A stretch of DNA of 13,815 nt from positions 1 through 13,815 of the forward strand of contig JAPSGB010000067.1 of assembly GCA_035063585.1 (NCBI GenBank), written 5' to 3'. Position numbers and translations under genes: made by a program. Within the stretch, counting starts at the first letter, position 1. Each line of letters opens with the position of its first letter. A model generated the notes under the pieces. The model ran no database searches and was not told the origin of the DNA. It worked only from the letters and a program-made list of their open reading frames with translations. This DNA is from Polyangiaceae bacterium (lineage in GTDB: Bacteria; Myxococcota_A; Polyangia; Polyangiales; Polyangiaceae). Below are positions 1 through 7,060 of the stretch, piece by piece.

Positions 1-179
1 CAGCTTGCTACGCTACTGCTCCCACCGCCGCTCCGCGGGGTTGGTTTTGCGGGGGGGCCTTGGCCCCCCGCAGCTTGCTTCGCAACTGCTCCCCCCGCCG
101 CTCCGCGGGGTTGGTCTTGCGGGGGGGCCTTGGCCCCCCGCAGCTTGCTTCGCAACTGCTCCCCCCGCCGCTCCGCGGG
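1..179. repeat. 70-bp tandem repeat (2 full units + partial third; may extend left of the window), REP/BIME-like
   Basis: Units 1-70, 71-140 and 141-179 are near identical (CAGCTTGCTTCGCAACTGCTCCCCCCGCCGCTCCGCGGGGTTGGTCTTGCGGGGGGGCCTTGGCCCCCCG). Each unit contains three short inverted repeats. Confidence 0.9.
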
Positions 180-269
180 CTCGCTTCGCGAGCGCGCGCT
201 CGCGGGCGCGACTCGAAGTTCGTCGCGTTCGCGCTGTTCACTTGGGGCGGGTGCGGGTAGGACGGGCGC

Positions 270-1613
270 GTGGTTGGTCGATTCTCGGGGGTGCTCGTCG
301 CCGCTCTGCTCCTCGCGTGCTCGCCCGAGGACATCACCCCCGGCGCGCTCGCGCTCACCCTCGGACACGAGACGGACACCTGGTCGCTCACGCCCGCGCC
401 GGTGCGCGTCGAGCTCCGGAAGCTCCTCGCGGACGGAACCCGCGTGGAGCTCGGCCGAGCGCCCGCGCCCATCGCGCGGGTGAGCCTCGGCGAGGGTGCG
501 GACGGCGTGTTCGAGGTCGCCGGGCTCGACGCCGACGACGCGCGCCGCGTCACCGGCCGCTCGGTCGCGCTCTCGCCGGCGGGCCTCGCCGGCATGGTGC
601 TGCCGCTCTTCGTGGGCCGCGCGGACCGCTTCAGCCGCCCCCCCGGCGAGCTCTCGAGCGCGCGCGGCGAGCGCCCGCGGGTCGCGGTGGTCGGCGGGCG
701 CCACTTCCTCGTCGCCGAGGCCGCCGCAGACGGCGGTATCACCCTCGACGGCTACGACTTCGGCGTGTTCGCGCCGCACCGCGCCTACCCGCCGCTCACC
801 TGCCCGAGCGAGCCCTGCGCGCCGCGCTCGCTCGCGGTCGTGGACGCGACGCTCGCCGTCGTCATCGGCGACGACTTTGGGCTGACCCTCGACACCGCGT
901 CGGGCGCGACGAGCTCGTTCGCGCCGCCAGACGGCCTCGCGAGCTTCGCCGAGCTCGCCGGGGCGCGCGCCGTCGAGCGCGGCGACGGCTCGGCGTGCCT
1001 GGTGGGCGCGACCCGTGACGCGCCGCCGTCGAGCGCCGTGCTCTGCGTCTCGGCGGACGGCGAGCCCACCGTGCTGCGCCTCGCGACGCCGCGCGCGGGC
1101 GCGGCCGCGACCTGGCTCGCGGGGCGTGGGCTCGTGGTCGCGGGCGGCAGCGCGAGCGGCCCGGGCGCGGAGCTCCTCGCCGACGGCGCGACCGCCTTCG
1201 CGTCGCTCCCCTTCCCGCCCGATCCGACGCGAGGCGCCGCGCTCGCGCCGCTCGACGCCGACTCGGCGCTCCGCCTCGGTGGCCGCGACGACGCCGGCGA
1301 GCCGGCGCCCACCGTCCGCCTCGCGCTCGGCTGCGCCAACGATTGCCAAGCAGAGGCCGCGAGCCCGGACCTCGCCCTCGACCGCGCCGAGGCGTTCGGC
1401 TTCGACGGCGGCGTCATCATCGTGGTCGGCGACGGACCGGACGGCCTCAGCGCGGCCTTTCGCAGGGACGACGCGAGCGCGACGCCCCTCCCGCTCCGCG
1501 AGCCTCGCCGCGGCGCGACCGCGAGCCGCACCCCCACCGGCGCGGTCGCACTGGTCGGCGGCGCGCACCCCGACGGCACGCCCGCGACCACGCTCGAGCT
1601 CGTCTTGCCCTGA
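270..1613 (+). CDS. Putative lipoprotein with kelch-like beta-propeller repeats (447 aa)
   Basis: GTG start, hydrophobic signal and lipobox LLAC. Kelch-like units: LATPRAGAAATWLAGRGLVVAGG, PTRGAALAPLDADSALRLGG, LREPRRGATASRTPTGAVALVGG. High GC3. Confidence 0.75.
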   Translation: MVGRFSGVLVAALLLACSPEDITPGALALTLGHETDTWSLTPAPVRVELRKLLADGTRVELGRAPAPIARVSLGEGADGVFEVAGLDADDARRVTGRSVALSPAGLAGMVLPLFVGRADRFSRPPGELSSARGERPRVAVVGGRHFLVAEAAADGGITLDGYDFGVFAPHRAYPPLTCPSEPCAPRSLAVVDATLAVVIGDDFGLTLDTASGATSSFAPPDGLASFAELAGARAVERGDGSACLVGATRDAPPSSAVLCVSADGEPTVLRLATPRAGAAATWLAGRGLVVAGGSASGPGAELLADGATAFASLPFPPDPTRGAALAPLDADSALRLGGRDDAGEPAPTVRLALGCANDCQAEAASPDLALDRAEAFGFDGGVIIVVGDGPDGLSAAFRRDDASATPLPLREPRRGATASRTPTGAVALVGGAHPDGTPATTLELVLP

Positions 1614-1617
1614 GCGC

Positions 1618-1640
1618 CCGGGGCCTGCGCGCCGCCCCGG
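1618..1640 (+). terminator. GC hairpin directly after the stop codon (possible terminator, no U-tract)
   Basis: CCGGGGC(1618-1624)/GCCCCGG(1634-1640) inverted repeat 4 nt after TGA. Confidence 0.35.
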
Positions 1641-1649
1641 CACCCCTTG

Positions 1650-1681
1650 CTCATATAAGAACATATATGTTCATACATGAG
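1650..1681. promoter_or_regulatory. AT-rich palindromic protein-binding site / operator-like element
   Basis: CTCATATAAGAACATATATGTTCATACATGAG is an imperfect 32-bp palindrome with perfect core GAACATATATGTTC. It has three 10-bp-spaced units (CATATAAG, CATATATG, CATACATG). TTGCTC lies at 1647-1652. Confidence 0.6.
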
Positions 1682-1755
1682 AGCTCAAGGTTGGCCCGTC
1701 GCGGCCGGCGGCGTCGGGCCGGTGGGCAGCGCGCCGCGCGGTCGCGCCGCTCCAG

Positions 1756-2313
1756 TCACTCCGCCGGCGTCGCTGGCTCGAAGAACGCACGGTACTCGAG
1801 GCTCTGCTCGGAGACCTCGCACGAGCCGGGGCACGAGGGCCCGTCCGGGTAGACGGTGTGGTAGTCGGTCGCCACGCTCACGGGCTCGTACGCGACGCCG
1901 CCCTTCGCGAACGCGAGCGAGAACTCGTCGACCGACGTCCGGGCCGTCACGACGAGCGTGAAGCCCGTCCGATCGACCCGACACTTCGTCTCGGTGGTGG
2001 GGTAGATCGTCGTCTCGCAGCTTGCCTGCTCGTCGGGGCGCACGAGCACGTCCGCGGCGTCGCCGACGCAGCTCGCCGGCAGCGCTCCGGGCCAATCGTT
2101 CGGCGGCGGGAAGATGACGAGACACCGGCTCCGATATTCGTAGTCGTCCCGCCGCGTCGCGATGGTGAGCTCGTAGGCCTCCGGGGTCCCTTTCGGGAGC
2201 GGGATCAGCACGCTCGTGTGGCCCACGCACCCGTTCGGTCGGCTCGGGCAGTACGACCCGCAGCCCGCGGCCGTGAGCGCTGCCGCGAGGCTCGCCAGAA
2301 GCGCGCGGAGCAT
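1756..2313 (-). CDS. Cys-rich hypothetical lipoprotein (185 aa)
   Basis: MLRALLASLAAALTAAGC signal with lipobox; eight further Cys; C-terminal YPDGPSCPGSC; high GC3. Confidence 0.75.
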   Translation of the reverse strand: MLRALLASLAAALTAAGCGSYCPSRPNGCVGHTSVLIPLPKGTPEAYELTIATRRDDYEYRSRCLVIFPPPNDWPGALPASCVGDAADVLVRPDEQASCETTIYPTTETKCRVDRTGFTLVVTARTSVDEFSLAFAKGGVAYEPVSVATDYHTVYPDGPSCPGSCEVSEQSLEYRAFFEPATPAE

Positions 2314-2320
2314 GCCCCGC

Positions 2321-2326
2321 AGTCTA
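2321..2326 (-). promoter_or_regulatory. -10 element of a probable leaderless promoter
   Basis: TAGACT lies exactly 7 nt before the ATG at 2313; no Shine-Dalgarno. Confidence 0.5.
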
Positions 2327-2374
2327 CCCGCTCGAGCCCCGAGGCGCGAGCGGGCGCGCCGCCGGCCGCGCGCT

Positions 2375-3316
2375 TCATGAATCGCTGGGTGAAGCGCCGG
2401 GGTCGTCGCGGTGGCCCTCGGGCGCCCGGTCGCACCGCACCACGAGCCCCGCGGTCGTCACCACCGCGTCGCGGAGCGGCGCGACCGCGCGCGCTCCGGG
2501 CCACACCACGCAGCGCTCGAGCGCGCCCGCCCCCTCGACGACCGCGCCGTCACCGACCAGCGAGCGCGCGAGCCGCACGCCCGCGCCGACGCTCGCGCCG
2601 CGTCCCTGGTACGAGCCGCCCTGCACGCCGCGCGGCCCGGCGTCGAGCCAGGCCTGGTTCGCGGCGAGGTAGCTCGCGAGCGAGCCGACGTCGCGCCACC
2701 CGCCCTCGAGTCGCACGCTCTCGACCGCTCGTCCCGCGCGCAGCTCGGGCAGCGCCCAGTCCCCGATGAGGCAGCCCTGCTCCGGCAAGCCGGCCAGGGC
2801 GCGCGCGCCGAGCGCGCAGAGGCCGACGTAGTCGCCGCTCGCCGCCTCCTCACCGAAGCGCTCCCCGCGCAGCCGCACCACCCGCCCCGCGCGATCGAGC
2901 CCGACCGTGCCCGCGCCCGCCGCGCGCGGCGCCACCGTGAGGCAGAGCCCGTCGCCCGAGAACGCGAGCAGCGCGGCGAGGGGCGGAGCGTCGATGAGGA
3001 TGTCCCCGTTCCACACCACCACGGGCGCCGGGCCGAGACACGCGCGCGCGCCGGCCACGCCGCCCGCGGTGCCGCGGATCACCGGCTCATGAATCACTGT
3101 TACTCTTGCGTCTAATCTTTCGATAATACTCGCAAATTTATCCGGCAAATGATGAACGTTGAGGGTGAGCTCCGGGAGCCCGGCGCCGGCGAGCGCCCGA
3201 GCGAGGTGGGCGAGGAGCGGGGCGTCGCCGATCGGCACGAGCGGCTTCGGCAGCTCGCCGGTGAGCGGCTGGAGCCGCGTGCCGAGCCCCGCGGCGAGCA
3301 CCATGGCGCGCGTCAT
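2375..3316 (-). CDS. NDP-sugar pyrophosphorylase / nucleotidyltransferase family protein (MurU- or mannose-1-P guanylyltransferase-like)
   Basis: N-terminal AMVLAAGLGTRLQPLTGELPKPLVPIG motif, HEPVIRGTAGG, VWNGDI, WRDVGSLASY, and a short C-terminal hexapeptide (LbH)-like segment. Confidence 0.9.
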   Translation of the reverse strand: MTRAMVLAAGLGTRLQPLTGELPKPLVPIGDAPLLAHLARALAGAGLPELTLNVHHLPDKFASIIERLDARVTVIHEPVIRGTAGGVAGARACLGPAPVVVWNGDILIDAPPLAALLAFSGDGLCLTVAPRAAGAGTVGLDRAGRVVRLRGERFGEEAASGDYVGLCALGARALAGLPEQGCLIGDWALPELRAGRAVESVRLEGGWRDVGSLASYLAANQAWLDAGPRGVQGGSYQGRGASVGAGVRLARSLVGDGAVVEGAGALERCVVWPGARAVAPLRDAVVTTAGLVVRCDRAPEGHRDDPGASPSDS

Positions 3317-3414
3317 GGGCGCGAGCTTGCCGCGCGCGGGCCCGGCCGGCCACGGAAACCCGCGCGCACCCGAAACTCGCCCGCCCCGAGGGCGGCGTGG
3401 TAGCGGACCGTCGT

Positions 3415-3885
3415 ATGAGGCTTCTCGCGGCGCTCCTCCTCGCCGCCGGGCTCGGCGTCGCGTCGACGGCGGGCTGCGGCACCGACGCGGTCGGCGTCGA
3501 CGACTGCCGGCAGATCGAGCAGACGCGCTGCGACTACGCGGTCGCCTGCGGGCTCACCGACGACGCCGAGGCGTGCCGGCGCTTCTACCGCGACCAGTGC
3601 CTGCACGGCCTCGCCGGCGGGCAGCCGAGCCGGCTCGAGCTCGGAGTCTGCCTCCGCACCATCCGCGCCGCCGGGGCCTGCGCGAAGGAAGACCGCCAGC
3701 AGACCCTCGACGTCTGCGCCTCCGACACGAAGAGCGGCCCGGTGCCCGTGTGCGACGTGATCTCGGCGCCCGAGCGGCTCGTGGAGTGCGATTTCCTCGC
3801 GTCCGTGCCGGTCGAGCCGTTCGAGGCCGGCGCCGACGCGACCGACGGCGGCGACGGCTCCGGCGGAGACGCGACCGCCGAATGA
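3415..3885 (+). CDS. Cys-rich hypothetical lipoprotein (156 aa; alternative GTG start at 3397)
   Basis: MRLLAALLLAAGLGVASTAGC lipobox; ten further Cys; acidic Gly-rich tail. Confidence 0.75.
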   Translation: MRLLAALLLAAGLGVASTAGCGTDAVGVDDCRQIEQTRCDYAVACGLTDDAEACRRFYRDQCLHGLAGGQPSRLELGVCLRTIRAAGACAKEDRQQTLDVCASDTKSGPVPVCDVISAPERLVECDFLASVPVEPFEAGADATDGGDGSGGDATAE

Positions 3886-3907
3886 GCGCGCGGACGCGCG
3901 CCCGAGG

Positions 3908-3936
3908 TTGCCCGCGCCTCGAGCGAACGTTATACC
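3908..3936 (+). promoter_or_regulatory. Sigma70-like promoter
   Basis: TTGCCC (3908-3913), 17 nt spacer, TATACC (3931-3936), upstream of GTG 3966. Confidence 0.4.
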
Positions 3937-3965
3937 GCCCCGGCCCCTCACCGCCGAGTCCCCAC

Positions 3966-5120
3966 GTGAACCTTGCCTCGCGAGCCCTGCCGCTCATCGG
4001 CCTCTTGTCCCTCGCCGGGTGCTTCGACGTGGGCTCGACCGGCGGGAGCTCCGCGATCGCGACGCTGGTCGCGGTCGATCCGGCGGATTTCCTCGGCGCG
4101 GTGCCCTGCGCGGACGCGCCGGGCGCGATGCGGCGCTACGTCGCGACCATCGTCGACGTGACGCCCGGCCTCGACGAGGCCGGCGCGGCCGAGTTCGCGC
4201 TGCCGAGCACCGGCCCCGTCTCGTGCTTCCAGCAGGCCGCGCAGGGCGGCGCGTTCGTGGTGCCCGGGCACTGGTACGTCGCCGACGTCCAGGGCTACGA
4301 CCGCACCGAGTTGGTGCCGCTCGGCCCGGGCAGCCCGGTGATGCTCGACCCCGAGACGCGCGAGGTGGTGCCGCCGCGCTGGGCGACCTCGTGCGGGCGC
4401 GGAGCGCCCACCGACGCCGGCGCGAGCGGCGCGAGCGGCGAGCCGGGACAGGACGCCGTCTACGCGGTCGCCTACCGGAGCGTGTTCGCGCGCCACTGCG
4501 CGCCGCTCACGGCGAGCGGCCCCGCGACGCCGACGGCGGTGCGCGTCGCGCTCGAGGCGGGGGCGCTCGGCCGCCCCGACGCGTACCTCGAGTGCGGCGA
4601 CGCGCCCGGCGCGGTGGCGACGTTCAGCGCGCACGACACGCGCGGTTCCGCGCCGGACCAACAAACCACCTGCGGGGCGAGCCTGCTCTTCGACGGGCTC
4701 ACGCCGAACGAGCGGTATCGCTTCCGAGTCGAGGCGTTCGAGGACGGCGCGGGGGCCGCGCGCTGGGCCACCTCGTGCTCGGCGCAGGCGCTCGCCGGCG
4801 CGACGGTGACCGCCACCTGCGACCCGCTGACGGATCGGGGCGGCGTCACCGTCGACATCCCCGCGCTGCTCGGCCGGCTCGGGGTCGCGTGCGCGGACCT
4901 CTCGTCGGTGACGACGCTCGTGCAGGGCGCGGAGCCGCGCACGGCGCTGCAGCTCCCGCCCGACTGCGAGGCCCCCGTCGTGTTCGACCGGCTCGCCGCC
5001 GGCACCTATCAGCTCGGGGTGCGCGCCACGCTCGCGGGCGGCGCGCCGGGGCCGAGCGCGTCGTGCACCGCGATCGTCGCGCCGGCAGCGACCACGACCG
5101 CGAGCTGCCTGCCCGACTGA
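3966..5120 (+). CDS. Cys-rich hypothetical lipoprotein with about three repeated beta-sandwich-like modules (alternative ATG start at 3882)
   Basis: C-terminal part of ORF 3159..5120. GTG start gives MNLASRALPLIGLLSLAGC (lipobox). RWATSC occurs twice, and a C-x4-F-x2-L-x3/4-Y pattern recurs. Confidence 0.7.
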   Translation: MNLASRALPLIGLLSLAGCFDVGSTGGSSAIATLVAVDPADFLGAVPCADAPGAMRRYVATIVDVTPGLDEAGAAEFALPSTGPVSCFQQAAQGGAFVVPGHWYVADVQGYDRTELVPLGPGSPVMLDPETREVVPPRWATSCGRGAPTDAGASGASGEPGQDAVYAVAYRSVFARHCAPLTASGPATPTAVRVALEAGALGRPDAYLECGDAPGAVATFSAHDTRGSAPDQQTTCGASLLFDGLTPNERYRFRVEAFEDGAGAARWATSCSAQALAGATVTATCDPLTDRGGVTVDIPALLGRLGVACADLSSVTTLVQGAEPRTALQLPPDCEAPVVFDRLAAGTYQLGVRATLAGGAPGPSASCTAIVAPAATTTASCLPD

Positions 5121-5126
5121 GGCGCG

Positions 5127-5948
5127 ATGCGCGGAGATCCGGCCATGATGGGAGGCGGCGGGCTGCCTCGTCCTGGCAAGGCGCTCCTCGGCGTGCTCGT
5201 CGCGCTCCTCGCGCTCTGGCTCGGCTTCGCGCTCGGCATCAACTGGCTCGGGCTCTCTCCGGATTGGTTCCTCGCGCTCGCCGGCAGCACCGAGGCGGTC
5301 GCGCACGGGCAGGTGTGGCGGCTCTTCACCGCGGCGCTCGTCCACCAACCGACCGGCTCGATCGGGCACATCCTGTCGGCGCTCATCGGGCTCTATTTCC
5401 TCGCGCCGTCGCTCGAGTCGGCGTGGGGGCCGCGGCGCTTCCTCGGGTTCCTCGCGCTCTCGGCCGTGTTCGCCTACGGGCTAGCGTTCGCGATCGCGCT
5501 CGCGCTGCCCGCGTCGATCGGCGCGCGGCTCGTGCCGGACATCTGGTTTGGCGCGCTGCCGGTCGTGGAGGCCGTCGCGATCGCGTGGGCGCTGTCCTTC
5601 AAGGACCGCACCGTGAATCTCATGTTCGTGCTCCCCATCTCGAGCACCGGGCTCATCCTGGTGGTCATCGGCTTCAGCGTGCTCGCGCTCATCGCGCAGT
5701 CGCACTCCTTCGAGGGCTACCTCGCGCCCTTCGGCGGGATGCTCGCCGGGTGGCTCTGGGGCGGGGGCACGCCCTCGCCGGCGCGGCGCGCGTGGCTGAG
5801 GCTCAGGCTGCGCCGGCTCGACGCGCAGGCGGCGCGCGACGGGCGGCGCCGGAAGGATCGCGTCGCACGCTCCGGGCTCCGCGTCATCGAGGGCGGCGGC
5901 GAGCCGGACGACGACCGCCGCGGTCCCGACGGCAAGTGGCTGAACTAG
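5127..5948 (+). CDS. Rhomboid-family intramembrane protein, probably catalytically inactive
   Basis: GQVWRLFTAALVH (WR motif), GHIL..LYFLAPSLESAWG and about six hydrophobic segments. GxSG appears as GALP and AHxxG as APFGG. C-terminal LRVIEGG...KWLN tail. Confidence 0.8.
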   Translation: MRGDPAMMGGGGLPRPGKALLGVLVALLALWLGFALGINWLGLSPDWFLALAGSTEAVAHGQVWRLFTAALVHQPTGSIGHILSALIGLYFLAPSLESAWGPRRFLGFLALSAVFAYGLAFAIALALPASIGARLVPDIWFGALPVVEAVAIAWALSFKDRTVNLMFVLPISSTGLILVVIGFSVLALIAQSHSFEGYLAPFGGMLAGWLWGGGTPSPARRAWLRLRLRRLDAQAARDGRRRKDRVARSGLRVIEGGGEPDDDRRGPDGKWLN

Positions 5949-6066
5949 CGCGACCCGCGCCGGCGCGCGGCTGAGCCGACGCGGCCGGCGCCGAAAAACC
6001 CGGAGCCGCGCGGTCGCGCTCACGCTCGACGGGCGGCCGTGCTAGTGAGGGCGCGGCACGGGAGCC

Positions 6067-6996
6067 ATGTCCGAACGCATGCGTCACCTGCTCGGGATCC
6101 GAGGGCTCGACCGCGAGCGCGCGCTCGCGCTGCTCGACTCGGCGACGAGCTTCCTCGAGGTGACGCGGCGCCCGACGCGCAAGGTGCCGGCGCTCGCCGG
6201 CAAGACCGTCATCAACCTCTTCTACGAGGCCTCCACGCGCACGCGGACCTCGTTCGAGCTCGCCGGCAAGCGGCTCGGCGCGGACGTGGTCAACGTCTCG
6301 GCCGCGTCGTCGAGCACCACCAAGGGCGAGACGCTACGCGACACCGCGCGCACGCTCGACGCGATGCACGCGGACGTCATCGTCATCCGTCACGCCGCCT
6401 CGGGCGCCGCCGCGTACATCGCCGCCCACACGCGCGCGGCGGTCGTGAACGCCGGCGACGGCATGCACGAGCACCCGACCCAGGCGCTGCTCGACGCCTT
6501 CACCATCCGCCGGCACCTGACCCGTCTCGAAGGGCTCACGGTCGCCATCTGCGGCGACGTCGCCCACAGCCGCGTCGCGCGCTCGAACGCGCTCCTCTTG
6601 CCCTTGCTCGGCGCGCGGGTCCACTTTGCCGGACCGCGCACCATGATGCCCGCGCGCGCCGAGGAGCTCGGCGCCAAGATCTTCGATCGCATCGAGCCCG
6701 CGCTCGAGGGGGCGGACGTCATCATGATGCTCCGCATTCAAAAAGAGCGCCTCGCCGGCGCGTCGTTCTCCACGCTGCGCGAGTACTCGCGCGTGTTCGG
6801 CCTCACCCCGCGGCGCCTCGCGCTCGCCCGCCCCGGCGCGCTCGTCATGCATCCGGGTCCCGTGAACCGCGGCGTCGAGCTCAGTGACGAGCTCGCCGAC
6901 GGCGCCGCGAGCGTCATCCTCGAGCAGGTCGAGGCGGGCGTCGCGGTGCGCATGGCCGTGCTCGACGCGCTCGGAGCCGAGCCCGCGCGGTCCTGA
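6067..6996 (+). CDS. pyrB: Aspartate carbamoyltransferase catalytic subunit
   Basis: [56 protein letters not shown] and [11 protein letters not shown] motifs; GGGAG RBS. Confidence 0.97.
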   Translation: MSERMRHLLGIRGLDRERALALLDSATSFLEVTRRPTRKVPALAGKTVINLFYEASTRTRTSFELAGKRLGADVVNVSAASSSTTKGETLRDTARTLDAMHADVIVIRHAASGAAAYIAAHTRAAVVNAGDGMHEHPTQALLDAFTIRRHLTRLEGLTVAICGDVAHSRVARSNALLLPLLGARVHFAGPRTMMPARAEELGAKIFDRIEPALEGADVIMMLRIQKERLAGASFSTLREYSRVFGLTPRRLALARPGALVMHPGPVNRGVELSDELADGAASVILEQVEAGVAVRMAVLDALGAEPARS

Positions 6997-7047
6997 ACGC
7001 GCCGCCGGCCGCGCCGGTCCGCCCTCCCTCGCTCGACGCGCTCGGGT

Positions 7048-7053
7048 TATGCT
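7048..7053 (+). promoter_or_regulatory. -10 element of a probable leaderless promoter
   Basis: TATGCT lies exactly 7 nt before ATG 7061; no Shine-Dalgarno. Confidence 0.5.
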
Positions 7054-7060
7054 CGCGGCC

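Noticed and set aside
1..179. CRISPR array
   Set aside because: Whole 70-bp units repeat with no unique spacers, and there are no cas genes in the window.
1659..1672. LexA SOS box
   Set aside because: GAAC-N6-GTTC has the wrong spacing for the GAAC-N4-GTTC box and does not fit the Myxococcus-type box as I recall it.
1648..1675. dif (XerCD) site: TGCTCATATAA-GAACAT-ATATGTTCATA
   Set aside because: The 11-6-11 layout is suggestive, but the arms match E. coli dif at only 6/11 and 7/11 and the conserved inner TTAT reads ATAT. Not called; GC-skew position would settle it.
1677..1961. 94-aa ORF following the palindrome
   Set aside because: It is mostly antisense to the 1756..2313 lipoprotein and is Arg/Pro-rich shadow sequence; at most the first codons could be a relic.
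3089..3157. oriC or sigma54 promoter within the AT patch
   Set aside because: Only a poor DnaA-box-like TTATCCGGC is present, with no box cluster or DnaA-trios, and no convincing TGGCAC-N5-TTGC sigma54 motif.
3159..3965. N-terminal extension of the 653-aa ORF
   Set aside because: It overlaps two better-supported genes; the signal peptide and lipobox begin at GTG 3966.
3908..5974. Long alternative-frame ORFs (688 aa here; also 5..1018, 6334..7473, 9701..11260, 11651..13003)
   Set aside because: These are Arg/Ala/Pro-rich or antisense shadow ORFs, expected from stop-codon scarcity at high GC, and they overlap well-supported genes.
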